Shown one piece after another: positions 9,339-20,910 of a DNA stretch of 64,000 nucleotides. The notes under the pieces were generated by a model that worked only from the letters and a program-made list of their open reading frames with translations, did not search any database and was not told where the DNA came from. The stretch spans positions 18,792 to 82,791 of the IMG/VR virus record IMGVR_UViG_3300021960_000048; one strand, 5' to 3'. Each line of letters starts with the position of its first letter. Position 1 is the stretch's first letter. A program made the translations under genes and the position numbers. This DNA is from a virus.

Positions 9339-9802
9339 GACATAAGTGAAGCCAATTGTTGCACACTTATTGTTCGCGCATTTTCGTATGGTGGGTTAGC
9401 GATAGGGTCGAACACCCAAGCCGCGTCGTCTCGGTAGTCGCAAGTCCAACCAGTGCCTTCGATGTGGCAGAGTGTTGATATTACGAACTGATGCCATACG
9501 TTGAAACTACCAGACCATTTTTCACCTTCGTGGCTGCGGTGATTCCAGATAACAGTTTCATTAGGTTTAGTGTGGTCGGAACATACCCAAGATGCAGGGC
9601 GGTCGTCGCACCAGTCAGCCCAGTGTTCTAAGACAGTCATACCGCAGAAGTAAACATGGTCGTCTCTAACTTCGGCTCTTTCAGAGCGGCCAAAATGCTC
9701 TAATGAGATATTTAACTCTCTAACGATGTATTCAGCCCATGTCTCGTCTTCTCTTGTCCAACCTTCTTGTCTTCGTGTCTGCCAGTATTCTCTTGCTTTC
9801 AT
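9335..9802 (-). CDS. Stand-alone cassette gene 2, Trp-rich hypothetical
   Basis: ORF with TTATATA 22 nt upstream (9825-9831). Confidence 0.75.
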   Translation of the reverse strand: MKAREYWQTRRQEGWTREDETWAEYIVRELNISLEHFGRSERAEVRDDHVYFCGMTVLEHWADWCDDRPASWVCSDHTKPNETVIWNHRSHEGEKWSGSFNVWHQFVISTLCHIEGTGWTCDYRDDAAWVFDPIANPPYENARTISVQQLASLMS

Positions 9803-9858
9803 GTTCTACCGGAAAGGGTATTGGTATATAACATTAATTGTTCTATACTTTCACAAGC

Positions 9859-12800
9859 CTAAAACCCATGTCGGTTTGTCGTACCTATGACGGCAGTATT
9901 GTCTTGGTCGCCTATGCGGGTTATCAAAGCCCCACTCCAAGGCCAGTACAAAGACGACCCTGCATGTGGTGTTCTGTACCAAGCCAATGGGTTAGTCGTC
10001 CAAGCCAAGTCTAGGTCTGCCGCATTATGCCCCCAAAATCTTTGGTAACGTAACTGTGGTGCATTGTGAGAGAAATCCTCACTACCTGCAAGAGTTTCAG
10101 CAGCACCTAGTATAGACCATTCTGTGCCATCAGTTTTGATTGAAGGTATAGATAACCAACGGACGTTCATAGAACGGATAACATTCTCATCAGCAGTAGC
10201 AGCATCAAACTCAAAAGATGGAAGCCATATTTCCATGAAGTGAGAACGCTGTGTCCAAACACCAGTTGTAGCAGAGTAAGTTATTCCCCCACCTTTTACA
10301 CTCGGCCAGTCGAGTGGATATACGCCATCATCTTCGGGTGTTGGTATTGTACTATATTCTAAGTTACTTCTCCATCTTACAACAATGTGAGTATTACCAT
10401 CTCCATTTGTTGTCATTGTTATGTTGGACATATCAAATGGGTCTCCGCTGATAGGATGGAATAAATGTTTTACAGTTTTAGTTGTTGACGAAAGAACGTC
10501 TTTACTATTCATGGCCGTTATCATTACATCATTAGCAACCACGTCATTGACTTTACTTAACTTACATACAACAAGTATTCTATCTTCCTCGTTTATGATT
10601 GCATCATACCAATCACATACATCAGCATCATTCTCATGTAAATAAAGTGGACTAGCGAAACTATGCACTGTGCCACTACCTAAGTCTCCTTGACAAGCAT
10701 ACACTTTGGCATTCGCTGTGTTGTTATCTTTTCTAAAGAAGATGAAAGGAATGTCGTCGCTTCTAAGAGCCAACTTAGGTGAGTCGATTCTACCACTTGT
10801 CGTATTGTCAACTGAAACCCATCTCCCATCATCCCAAGTTGTTGGACTGCCACTCGGAAGTGCAACCCAACTCGCATTAGGTTCTTTGATTGAATACACG
10901 ATTGAATATTCGGAAGCACTGTTACGGAAGTGTACCGCAGCCAAATGAAGCCTGTCCTTAGAGTCGCATACTAATGTCGGCTGCATCATGTTATCACCAG
11001 TGGAATACGGATTGTTTGTTGCCGAGATGTTTACGGGTGTAACCGCCGACCAGTCCCACTTATACACATGGTCGGGTGAAGATGCGACTATATTTCTAGT
11101 TGCATATGTATAGAATAGTCTGCGTATCGGTGCGCCAGTAATTGTTGCTGAGTCGTCTCTTGCCACTTCTATTACAGCATGAATTGTTCCTAGACTATCG
11201 GAAGCGAACGCTGCTCCGTATATCTTGTCATTACTATCTAAGGCCGAACTCCCTATCTCTGAGTTTAGTAAGACTTCATCGAGGCCACTTGTTGTTGAGC
11301 CAAGATTTTCCGCATGTCGATTCCAGAATAAATCTGAACCCGGTGGTTTGGTGTAATGTACGTACGTAGGTTGATTCCCTCGATTTAATTTTGTGCTAGG
11401 GCCAATTGTGAATTGATGCAATGTTCCATCGGGTGTTCTTAATATTCTTTGACCCTTACCGAGATACCCTTCTGTTGCACCTGTAGCACTTGCACTATCA
11501 TTCATTTCTTCTCGGTTTGTAGTAACATGAGATTGTGAGGGTGTTGACCCTCTAGCATTGACTATACTACCACTATCCCAGTAAGGTCTTACGTGGTTTG
11601 ATACATGGACTTCGGTTGATGATTTCAACTGTTCAGCAATAGCAACCCAGTCTTTCTTACTAAGTTCTTGCGCCCTTGCTAATGTTACATGTGGTTGACC
11701 CGCAGTGTAGACTTTATCCCAGTCGTAATCACTGCCTGTCATAATAGGAATTGCACCCGCGTGGAAGTGGTCTGTTGGATGATTGACCCAAAACGCAGAC
11801 AAAGAATTACCACTAACGAATGGGCCACCTGTTAACTCATTCGGTAATAGAATATCATTGTAAAGAACATTACCACTGTTGGTTGTTCTTCTCCCTGTGT
11901 CAGCCCATAGATTAGTACGCAAGTAAGACTGGCCGATTGTACCGCCACTACCTGCTGCATCAAACCCAGACAACAAACCTGCTGCACCTTCTAAGTGAAG
12001 GGTGTCCGTTCTTGAGAATGGAGTTTCAAGTTCTAAGTCGAGACTTCCTTTTCCACCTGCTCTTGCTCGGACTTGGACTTGACCCGGTGCAAGTAGATGT
12101 AAAGGAATGTCGTAGCCTAAGCCAGCATGGACCTGTTTCCAAGTTCTATCAGTTCTGTACGGATGTGCTTGAGATGAAAGACCGTAATGAAGAGGGCCGA
12201 AATGTGAGAACCCACCGAGAGGGCCGACTAATTGCCTAGCAGCATTTGTTGATAACAACCCCGCGAATGGTGCATCTGTATCACCCTCTGAGTACGACGT
12301 AGTGTCATAGGAACGTGTGTTATACAGAGCCGCAGGGAAAGCCCACCCCGCCCATCCAAACTCGCAGTATGGACTCGCAGATGAGCCGAAATCAGCAAAG
12401 CCAATGGTTGTAGGAATAAATCTAGTCTTTCTCAGATGTTGGTATCTATCAACAGCCCATGTATCTATTCCACTCTTCTCCGTAGTAATGGTGTCATACC
12501 CAAGATAAGAAACACGGTCAGTCATTTGTCTGTAAGGATAACCATGTAAAATAGAACCATCACTTAGTATGTGAGGGAGACACTTAGGTAAGACCGCATG
12601 AGAACAACGGCCTTCTGGATATGAGCCATATGTTATTGGTATCGCTCTTTGTGCTGATTCGGGAAACCAGTAAGCAATTCGAGAACCACTCCACCATGTA
12701 TCATCTTCTATCCAGTTTTGTGTTCCTTTACTTGCCCCATCAACGGTTGAATATTTTATGTCGAACATTGCCTTACCTTTACGCACCTTGCCGTTCTTTG

Positions 12801-15303
12801 CAGGGGTGTCCGACCATAATAGAATGAGACTTCTCGCACTTGAGTTAGCGACCATTTGTCCCCATGTCGGTACAGCACCGAAGTTTGTTCCTGTATAATT
12901 ATTAGAAGTTCCAAAGTCTTGTACTGGCTCTGGATATTGAAATGCAGCCTCACCAGTGCCGCTCAGTGGGTCGCTTTGTTCACTTTCTATTGGGTTGCAT
13001 GTACGTGCCGATGAATCATAATAGAAACCCGGCGGGCATGGATTAGAGAAACCATCGGGATTCCAAGGCCAAGGGTTAATGTCGGGAGTTGGATATTCCC
13101 CATTACTAAATATCATATCTCGGTGAATAGCGGCCATCATCATCTTTCCATCTTCCATGATTCGCAATGACGAACAATGTAATGTTGGATGAAGTAACGA
13201 TGCTGCGTAGGATGTATGGTCCGGGTGTTTGGCCCGGTCTTTTCTTTCTTGACCTAAGTATCTCATTAGTTCAACTTGAGGAAATACCCAATCGTGGATA
13301 GTCCATTGATACATATATTCAGAGATAGAAATGCCAGTTCTAGTATCAAGAGATTCAGACTTACCCACTAATAGATTATACAATGGATTGTTTGTTGCAG
13401 TTGTAGTATCTTCGGTGTATAGAGCGTCATTGTTGGCTGTCCACTTGAATAGTAGTAGTTCACTACCTCTAGGATTCCCTGCTGCTCCATCACCACCATC
13501 AGCCCATACTTGCCCGTTGCCCCACACTGCCGAGTTGAAGTCCGAAGCGTCGATTGCATCTGCCCCTACAAGCAACTCTCCACCGTAAGCATCTGCGTCC
13601 CATAGATGTGAAATGCCACCCTGTTGATAGAATCCACCGGGTTCTACTGTGCCACATAACTTTGGTATTCTCGCCCATGATGGATTTGCTAAGGGTCTGA
13701 ATGGTGTCATCTGATGTAACCCCCATGCAGATTGTGTTACTTGTTTTGCTTGAGCGGTAGTTCCTAATTTAACACCTGTAAGTGTTGGGTCGAGTCTGAA
13801 TATAGCATGATAAATTGTTACGCTATCTTCGGAATAATTTGCTCGAATGTGAGACTGGGCTAATGTTGGTGCGCCCCTAGTATAGTCAACTGTTCCACCT
13901 GCTAGAACTCCCTTGGGTGTGTTAACAACTGATACTAAAATATGATAGTCAACAATTGGTTTTCTAAATGAAACGCCTTCGACTGTAACATTCTCATATC
14001 GAAGAATCGAAGGAACAACTTTGACACGGGTTGGAACTTTATCAGCAAGGAAGGTTGAGGATATTGCAGTTGTCTTAGTCCAAGCCCCTGTTCCTGTTAT
14101 GTCTCCATATATTCTTCCACCTGCCTGTGCTTGAACAGATGTTCGACTGCTGATTGTTGAAGTTCCATAACTCGTACTAGGAGCGGTTCTAATGTTCCTT
14201 CCTGTCATAAATGTAGTTTGGTTGTCATTGGTATCTCCAGATTGACCGGAGCGTCTAGCAGCAGTTCCTAGTGCTTCTTGTAGTGGAAATATAGGAGTAC
14301 CGTCTGTGTAGTTATATCGTGAACCAGTGGCTAAGGAAGAATCGTCATACCACTTACCATTTCTTAGTAGGGTTTGACCCGAATGAACTTGAACATTCAA
14401 CCCCGAATATGTTTCATCCGATTCACTCTCTGGCACACTATGAAACGCAGTAACAACTAACGCACCTTCGTAGCCAACAAGACCACATGAATCTACAACA
14501 ACGTGATTACCTCTTTCAACTGCTCCAATGGAATACGGTAAAGCATCACTGCCCTCAACAACTCTCGGAACTTGAATGGTTGAATAGTTAGTGAGAATGT
14601 TAGAAGTTTCAGTAGCAGATTCAGTGCTTGTTGGGGAAGTTAACGATGTACCACTAGCCAATACGGTTTGTCTTGCGCCTAAGTTAATCCCCCAGTATGA
14701 AGAAGTTGCCCCACTCTCTTCTGCTCTATCAAACATAGCCATATCACTTACCGACTTATCTGAGCGGTCTGCTACGAAACCAATGACTGAATATGCGGTG
14801 TTGTGAAACGACCCGAATGAAATCCCAAGCCCGTTCGATGGAAGGACTGTTGCTGCGTAATGAGCGATATTCAAAGGAGCGCCGTTAGTTGTAGTTCTAC
14901 CCAGAGTCAACTGATTATCTGTTGCAGGTATCGAAGTTGTATCTCTCTTGATAGAAAAAGTATGGTTAGCAGGTTGGCTACCTGTTTCAGTTCTTCTACT
15001 ATGCGCCCCGAACCTACCTGCTTCGGTGAAAGTCATGACTGTCCCCGAAACTGAAACGCTAGTTGCAGTGTTACTATGATGAGAACCCGTTACTGTTATG
15101 TTTTCTATTTGAGATGTTTCAAGCCAACCCATTTCACTATTCAGAGATGGGGGAGAAATGTTTAGCAGTAAGTCGTTTGTTGTAGGTGGTTGTGAAGGAG
15201 ACCATGTGTTGCGAAATGTACCTGCCGCATTAACAATAGAAGTCAAAGGGAGACCCGGTTCAGCACCAACAGGCGGTCTCATATCCACTGGGGAATAAGC
15301 CAT
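9859..15303 (-). CDS. Large virion/tail protein (1814 aa), probable beta-propeller adhesin region
   Basis: S/T/G-rich; repeated DSxGxxH-like blades (TPDGTLH, DSLGTIH, DSKDRLH, NGDGNTH); tail module position. Confidence 0.65.
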   Translation of the reverse strand: MAYSPVDMRPPVGAEPGLPLTSIVNAAGTFRNTWSPSQPPTTNDLLLNISPPSLNSEMGWLETSQIENITVTGSHHSNTATSVSVSGTVMTFTEAGRFGAHSRRTETGSQPANHTFSIKRDTTSIPATDNQLTLGRTTTNGAPLNIAHYAATVLPSNGLGISFGSFHNTAYSVIGFVADRSDKSVSDMAMFDRAEESGATSSYWGINLGARQTVLASGTSLTSPTSTESATETSNILTNYSTIQVPRVVEGSDALPYSIGAVERGNHVVVDSCGLVGYEGALVVTAFHSVPESESDETYSGLNVQVHSGQTLLRNGKWYDDSSLATGSRYNYTDGTPIFPLQEALGTAARRSGQSGDTNDNQTTFMTGRNIRTAPSTSYGTSTISSRTSVQAQAGGRIYGDITGTGAWTKTTAISSTFLADKVPTRVKVVPSILRYENVTVEGVSFRKPIVDYHILVSVVNTPKGVLAGGTVDYTRGAPTLAQSHIRANYSEDSVTIYHAIFRLDPTLTGVKLGTTAQAKQVTQSAWGLHQMTPFRPLANPSWARIPKLCGTVEPGGFYQQGGISHLWDADAYGGELLVGADAIDASDFNSAVWGNGQVWADGGDGAAGNPRGSELLLFKWTANNDALYTEDTTTATNNPLYNLLVGKSESLDTRTGISISEYMYQWTIHDWVFPQVELMRYLGQERKDRAKHPDHTSYAASLLHPTLHCSSLRIMEDGKMMMAAIHRDMIFSNGEYPTPDINPWPWNPDGFSNPCPPGFYYDSSARTCNPIESEQSDPLSGTGEAAFQYPEPVQDFGTSNNYTGTNFGAVPTWGQMVANSSARSLILLWSDTPAKNGKVRKGKAMFDIKYSTVDGASKGTQNWIEDDTWWSGSRIAYWFPESAQRAIPITYGSYPEGRCSHAVLPKCLPHILSDGSILHGYPYRQMTDRVSYLGYDTITTEKSGIDTWAVDRYQHLRKTRFIPTTIGFADFGSSASPYCEFGWAGWAFPAALYNTRSYDTTSYSEGDTDAPFAGLLSTNAARQLVGPLGGFSHFGPLHYGLSSQAHPYRTDRTWKQVHAGLGYDIPLHLLAPGQVQVRARAGGKGSLDLELETPFSRTDTLHLEGAAGLLSGFDAAGSGGTIGQSYLRTNLWADTGRRTTNSGNVLYNDILLPNELTGGPFVSGNSLSAFWVNHPTDHFHAGAIPIMTGSDYDWDKVYTAGQPHVTLARAQELSKKDWVAIAEQLKSSTEVHVSNHVRPYWDSGSIVNARGSTPSQSHVTTNREEMNDSASATGATEGYLGKGQRILRTPDGTLHQFTIGPSTKLNRGNQPTYVHYTKPPGSDLFWNRHAENLGSTTSGLDEVLLNSEIGSSALDSNDKIYGAAFASDSLGTIHAVIEVARDDSATITGAPIRRLFYTYATRNIVASSPDHVYKWDWSAVTPVNISATNNPYSTGDNMMQPTLVCDSKDRLHLAAVHFRNSASEYSIVYSIKEPNASWVALPSGSPTTWDDGRWVSVDNTTSGRIDSPKLALRSDDIPFIFFRKDNNTANAKVYACQGDLGSGTVHSFASPLYLHENDADVCDWYDAIINEEDRILVVCKLSKVNDVVANDVMITAMNSKDVLSSTTKTVKHLFHPISGDPFDMSNITMTTNGDGNTHIVVRWRSNLEYSTIPTPEDDGVYPLDWPSVKGGGITYSATTGVWTQRSHFMEIWLPSFEFDAATADENVIRSMNVRWLSIPSIKTDGTEWSILGAAETLAGSEDFSHNAPQLRYQRFWGHNAADLDLAWTTNPLAWYRTPHAGSSLYWPWSGALITRIGDQDNTAVIGTTNRHGF

Positions 15304-15306
15304 CTA

Positions 15307-18300
15307 TCATGCCCCCAGACCTGCTTCTCTAACGAATACAGCAGTGTAAGGTGTCTGTCCCACATTGCCGCCTTGACGTTGATAGTTGAATGAAGTCATT
15401 CTTCCTACAAAGGTCTTGTTAGTTGCTTGGCCGGAGTAATTAACTGCTTCATATTCAAACTCAACTAAAGCACCACTTTGTAGTAACTCTTCCATAAACT
15501 CAATGTCAGTATTCTCAGTCTCTTTGAGGAATACTCCTTGCATTTCAAACTCATCAACTCTTTGCCCTCTATCTGTTACCTCTGGATAAACAGCATCTAA
15601 TACGGGTGTTTGAGTAAAGGTAGCAACTCTCCTTCTACTGAAAGACGAAGGCTTTGTATTCAATGTTAGTGGAATGATTAATGTTGCAGGTAATACTTTC
15701 ACAACTACCTTAGCAGTGGCAGACGATGTGCCGTTTGAATCTGTAACAACAAGTGTAGCAAGGAACTCACCTGCTTCCGCGTAAGTATGGTCATTGTAAG
15801 ATGTTGCACCAGACACGGCTGATGAGCCATCACCAAATGTAAATGCGTAGGTAGACAAAGTTGCTGTACTGTTTATCGTGTACGAAGAACTTGCGTCAAG
15901 TCGAATTGCTTGTCCCGCCCTTACCATTGTTGGTATCGCTCTAAGGATAGCAATAGGTTCAGCATTTACAATAGTGTAAGTTATTGTAGGGTCCGAAACA
16001 AGTGATTCGTTACCTACATCATCTTTGACATACGCTTTGACTTCTCTTGTTCCAGATGTTGTTGTATAAACATAGGATATATCTTGAGTTATACTTGTTG
16101 CAGGGGTATTTACTTTCACCCATCCACTATCTGTACCATCACCGTACTCAACCTTAAACTCAGAGATGAGGCGGTTTGCGTCTGTTGTAACACCTGTAAC
16201 TCTGAATGTTATCACATGCCCTACCTTGGTTGTGAATGATGTATCACTTGAGCCTACGCTTGTCGCAGTGCTGCCGTCGTATGAGTTTGAAACAACTGCT
16301 ACATCGACTGTCGGCTTCTCATCATACTCAACATCCCATGAAGTAATACAAGGAATGGCAGACCAGTCTATAGGATGTAGTAAGGTTTCAGAAACGGAAG
16401 GTATATAAAAGTTAAACCTCACGACGAAACCACTAGCGACCACGCTGCTTGGCAAACCAGTCAAGTCTAGTGTTCCTATTCCACCAGTGTAGTCCAACTG
16501 TCTGTCTATGAATCCATCTATTGTTGTAGAAGCCTCTTGGTCTATTGTAACAACAGTTGGTGGCTCTAGTAAAGTAACTCGAATATCCATCCCTTTTGTC
16601 TTGTTGATGTTCGTAGCATAGATATTCAGTTTAGTATATCTTGCCACTGTTGTCGAAGGTTGTTGTTTAATTGAATCAACAGTGAACGGTAGCATACCCC
16701 CTGTTGGTAATTGACGTAATGTCATAGAGTCGATTTGTAAATCTTGATTCGATTTCTGCAAAGTTGGATTCGTCAACCGGGTTATTTCACCATTTGAGTC
16801 AAGGAACTCCGTAGGGTCAGTAGGTACGTGTAAAAGAGTTCTTGCGGGATATTCGGGTATGGCATAACTTGATTGTGTAAAACCATTCAATGATGTAATC
16901 GGCATTGAATCGGGTGTGATTGGCTCTCCTTGTAATGTAACAAGAACATAATAACTTGCACCATTAATGAATACACCCGAACTCCCGTAGATATATGTAG
17001 CAGTACCCGTGTTGATAGTTATATTTGCAGGTGAAGCAGTATATGTAACGACTTGCCTTCCTATTGCTATTGGTGTCGCAGAAAGGTCGGTTGAGTCAAA
17101 TGCTACAAAGTGTGCTTCGGTTGCGGTTAAGTCGGTTAGGCGGGCAATCATAGCGGCATTCAATGTAGAGTCAGTGTCGAAACTAGCAGATGCCACTAAA
17201 TCTAGTATAGTCCCCGATGAAGAATATTCCATTTCATCAAGGTAAAGAGTGTACCTTCCACCTTGATGTTCTGTAAAAGCAACTCTATCATCTCGGTTGT
17301 AATCTCTTGTTCCAGTGTTCATTACCGCAGGGTCGCCCTCAGCCCAATGGTTCGCCCAGTGGTCGGTTGTAGAAGATGGATGAGCGATTGGAGTTCTCAT
17401 TGGGAATGTTGCTATGTCGCAAGATTTGATTGACATAGCCCAAACCGGAGTTCTACATGATGGGTCAGTTCCAACAACTTCTCCATTCCAAAGGAAGGTC
17501 ATTCCCTTTGAATTAAAGACTGTCCTTAATGTGTTAGTGCCTTCCGAGAATGTGAAATAATTTGAAGTTCCAAAACCATTTGATAATCTACCAAATCCAC
17601 CAGTGCCGGGTAGATTGAATGTGTTATCTCCATCCACATCAACAAATCCAGTCCATGTTCCACTTGTTGTTAAGTGAGGAAGGCCACCTGTCATCCATAC
17701 TCCACATCTGTTGTATATTGAAGCGGTTGGGAAGGCGTTATCAGCCTTGACACGTGCGTCCTTATTCAGTATGTCAAAGCCCCCTACACTTGCTGATTTA
17801 TTACCAGTAGCATTAGGTGTATGATTCCAAAACAACCTCTTCATATTATGTAGGCCGGGTACAGTTTTCACTGTTCCACCCGTTACGTCTACGTCGTCCG
17901 AATCGAAGTACCCACCACGCCAACCATTCGCATTCTCACCATTATGTTGGGCGGCTGTCAACCTAGTGTAGAATCTCTTAGCACTATCAGTTGGAACAGT
18001 CAATGCAGTTCCACTCACTGATTTTGTTGCACCTAATTGAGATATGCCACTAGTATTCCCATCCCAAACAGGCGATAACCCCATGCCATAATTCTGTGCA
18101 GGGGTGTCCATGACCATAGAATGTCTGCCGAATACTGGATGTTCTTCATTACTATCAAACTCAACCATAATCATTCTGTTTGGTCTAGCAGGGAAGAACG
18201 CAGTAATCTCAGCGTCAAGAAAAATAGGAGATGCCGCCATCTCTGAAAGCCCATACTTAGTAGTTGCACTTCTAGCCGGAACAACATCTCCCGATACACT

Positions 18301-20910
18301 ATCTGTCCAAGTTGCAGAATGGTCGGCACTACGTAACAACGTAGGACTCATAGATAATCTAGTTCCAAGTCGTTCATGACCCGGCCAAGGACGGTTTCTA
18401 CCATACGTCCAAGTTCCACTTGTAGTAAGAGCAGTTCCCACTGGCTTAATGTAATCCCACGCTCGGCGACCAGTGTTAGTATCAGTATAAGACCAGAATG
18501 GTGTGCTTACACCTCGGAACAACCACTTGTCATGTCCATACTCTCCATTCATTCTTGGAAAGCCACTATCGGCTCTCAATCTATCAGTATAGTCGCCACT
18601 TACAGTAATGTATCTATCCGACAAATCATACCCCAATGGAGACGGAATACGTAAACCACCATCACCTTCATTGTATCTATTCGGAGCAGACAATATCTTA
18701 CCTTCAACATCTTTAGTAACTATACCAATCGAACGTAATACAACTTTTCCATCTCTATGTTTTCCATCAACCGAAGGTAAACTTCTCTCACCGATTGTTG
18801 GTCGACCGGGGTAAGTTGCATCTACGGAACTCCTTGCCGGAACATTGCTGTCCATTTGTGAAACACCAACTTGGAAACCAGTTCCGATTTTTGAATGTGA
18901 AGGACTTCCTTCGGCGTTGGCATTTCTTTTCTCAATTCCAAAGATGTTCCCTGCTGTTGCATCATCATCTGCATCGGGAGTGTGAAAGTATTTCTGTTCT
19001 GAACCACCAACCATACCTCTTCTTAGGTAAGCATCACCTCTATTGAATAATATAATTTCATTCAAAGCCGTTCCTGTTTCAAACAATGCAGTCTTGAATG
19101 TAAAGGCAACGAAAGAACGGGTTGTACCACCATAACCATTTGCTACTGTTTGACCGGACTTATCATACATACCTGCCGGAGCATCGGCGGCTTGCCATGC
19201 CGCGTCTGAATTACCCGTCTCTATTGTAGCATCAGCGTTAGTTATCCACCATCCATTATAGGAACGCCCTACATCAGTAGAGTCGATTGAATCATCATAA
19301 GTTGTACCATCTTGGTTGCCTCTCAACCCCCATCTATCCGGCCATAGTTTATTCTCTGCGCTTGGGAATGTTGCATCGTTAGTAGTTCCGAGATTGCCTG
19401 TTAAGCCTTCTAAATAGATAGGTGTCCCCGCAGGTAGAAGAGTCTGTTCAGTGGTGTCCATGTGGTCGCAAAAGACGGTGATTGTTGACCCCGATTTCTT
19501 TATTCCTAATATCGCCATTCTATGAGGCGGTGGAGCAATAACAGTGTTCAATACACCATTTGTATTTGCATTAGTCGTATGCCTAGAAGTCATCTGTTCG
19601 TTAGTCCAGTTGTTGCTTTGAGCGGAAGGGGTAATTGGTCCTTGAGTGAAGTCAAAGAATGGAAATATTTGAGCCGAGCAGTCATCGGTTTCAAGATAAC
19701 CACCCGAAAAATAACTACCATCATCTTCACTGCCATAACCTTGTAGACCATCCCATACTGAATACAGTGTGCTTGTTACTGTTCCACCAATGTGTCTTGT
19801 TTGGTCGTAACTGTATGGAACAATAGCACCATCATTCAATGAGTAAACACCATCTTTTAGGAAGCAAGCCAAAGCCATCTTCATCCTATATTTTGGTGAA
19901 GGCACTGCTGATGAATCAAACGATTGGAAATAATTACTGTTCGGTAAGTTAGCATGAAGGTTCGCATGAAGGAGACCCGTTAAGTGGTCTCCAGATTTTC
20001 CGAATACTTTGTATTTGATAGTTGAAGAATCAAGCCCAGTTGGGTCAGAGTCATATCTAGTAATTCCATTAGAGAAATATGATGCAGATGTTCCCCCATT
20101 TCTTATACCACTTGATACTTTTGTTGAAGCACCGGATATATCTTTGTGAAACTGATTAACGTCAAGCAACATTGGGTGGAAAACAGTTGCTCTGTAAGGA
20201 GAAGTTGCAGGTATGTCATCATGGCCGAATGTAGACTCACTGTTGGTATCTACCATCCACACAATACGAGGGTCAGCCCCATGTGCGGGGTTCGCAGTTG
20301 TCAACAATACATCTGCCGCTTCTCCAGTTGGTCTACCTGTAACGCCATGTGGTAAGAATGAAGGCTTACTAGCATTAAGTTGACCGACATGACGATAGTC
20401 GTCAATAAACTCAGCAAGTTCTTGAACCGTCATAAAAACTGGGTACGGACCATTATCTCGAACATGTTCTGAAAATCCTACATTGTTCTCACCCTGCATT
20501 GGACTTGTTCTCTTCTCAGCAGTATAGTCAGTGTCATAGAGACCGAATGAATCAGTAGGCGCAGATGTTGGAGCAATAAGAAAGACTGATGTCTTAGTAG
20601 CATCAGCATGAGTAAGCGTACAGATTGGCTTGAAGCCACCAGAGCCAGAGATAGTTAGAGTTGGTTCAGTGGTTACATCTGTTCCATCATCATTGATTGC
20701 TTCGACTCGAATACCGGGTGTATTGGCAACGTCATCTACGAGGCCGCTTAGAGACGCGGTTGTAGGTCCGAACTTTGAGTGAAATATTTGAGGGTCAACG
20801 GTCAAACCACCGTTGGCTTTTACGAAAGCGGGCCACATTGGTTGTAGTTCAGCAAGACCGTTCTTAATACGAGAGAAGGGCTTGTCAATATTTTGTGTTG
20901 AACGTGCCAT
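15307..20910 (-). CDS. Large tail protein (1867 aa) with PKD/Ig-like domains and possible Dit-like C-terminus
   Basis: PKD motifs VEYGDGT and FTFGDGS..HTYAEAGEFLATLVVTD; immediately downstream of the tape measure gene. Confidence 0.7.
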   Translation of the reverse strand: MARSTQNIDKPFSRIKNGLAELQPMWPAFVKANGGLTVDPQIFHSKFGPTTASLSGLVDDVANTPGIRVEAINDDGTDVTTEPTLTISGSGGFKPICTLTHADATKTSVFLIAPTSAPTDSFGLYDTDYTAEKRTSPMQGENNVGFSEHVRDNGPYPVFMTVQELAEFIDDYRHVGQLNASKPSFLPHGVTGRPTGEAADVLLTTANPAHGADPRIVWMVDTNSESTFGHDDIPATSPYRATVFHPMLLDVNQFHKDISGASTKVSSGIRNGGTSASYFSNGITRYDSDPTGLDSSTIKYKVFGKSGDHLTGLLHANLHANLPNSNYFQSFDSSAVPSPKYRMKMALACFLKDGVYSLNDGAIVPYSYDQTRHIGGTVTSTLYSVWDGLQGYGSEDDGSYFSGGYLETDDCSAQIFPFFDFTQGPITPSAQSNNWTNEQMTSRHTTNANTNGVLNTVIAPPPHRMAILGIKKSGSTITVFCDHMDTTEQTLLPAGTPIYLEGLTGNLGTTNDATFPSAENKLWPDRWGLRGNQDGTTYDDSIDSTDVGRSYNGWWITNADATIETGNSDAAWQAADAPAGMYDKSGQTVANGYGGTTRSFVAFTFKTALFETGTALNEIILFNRGDAYLRRGMVGGSEQKYFHTPDADDDATAGNIFGIEKRNANAEGSPSHSKIGTGFQVGVSQMDSNVPARSSVDATYPGRPTIGERSLPSVDGKHRDGKVVLRSIGIVTKDVEGKILSAPNRYNEGDGGLRIPSPLGYDLSDRYITVSGDYTDRLRADSGFPRMNGEYGHDKWLFRGVSTPFWSYTDTNTGRRAWDYIKPVGTALTTSGTWTYGRNRPWPGHERLGTRLSMSPTLLRSADHSATWTDSVSGDVVPARSATTKYGLSEMAASPIFLDAEITAFFPARPNRMIMVEFDSNEEHPVFGRHSMVMDTPAQNYGMGLSPVWDGNTSGISQLGATKSVSGTALTVPTDSAKRFYTRLTAAQHNGENANGWRGGYFDSDDVDVTGGTVKTVPGLHNMKRLFWNHTPNATGNKSASVGGFDILNKDARVKADNAFPTASIYNRCGVWMTGGLPHLTTSGTWTGFVDVDGDNTFNLPGTGGFGRLSNGFGTSNYFTFSEGTNTLRTVFNSKGMTFLWNGEVVGTDPSCRTPVWAMSIKSCDIATFPMRTPIAHPSSTTDHWANHWAEGDPAVMNTGTRDYNRDDRVAFTEHQGGRYTLYLDEMEYSSSGTILDLVASASFDTDSTLNAAMIARLTDLTATEAHFVAFDSTDLSATPIAIGRQVVTYTASPANITINTGTATYIYGSSGVFINGASYYVLVTLQGEPITPDSMPITSLNGFTQSSYAIPEYPARTLLHVPTDPTEFLDSNGEITRLTNPTLQKSNQDLQIDSMTLRQLPTGGMLPFTVDSIKQQPSTTVARYTKLNIYATNINKTKGMDIRVTLLEPPTVVTIDQEASTTIDGFIDRQLDYTGGIGTLDLTGLPSSVVASGFVVRFNFYIPSVSETLLHPIDWSAIPCITSWDVEYDEKPTVDVAVVSNSYDGSTATSVGSSDTSFTTKVGHVITFRVTGVTTDANRLISEFKVEYGDGTDSGWVKVNTPATSITQDISYVYTTTSGTREVKAYVKDDVGNESLVSDPTITYTIVNAEPIAILRAIPTMVRAGQAIRLDASSSYTINSTATLSTYAFTFGDGSSAVSGATSYNDHTYAEAGEFLATLVVTDSNGTSSATAKVVVKVLPATLIIPLTLNTKPSSFSRRRVATFTQTPVLDAVYPEVTDRGQRVDEFEMQGVFLKETENTDIEFMEELLQSGALVEFEYEAVNYSGQATNKTFVGRMTSFNYQRQGGNVGQTPYTAVFVREAGLGA

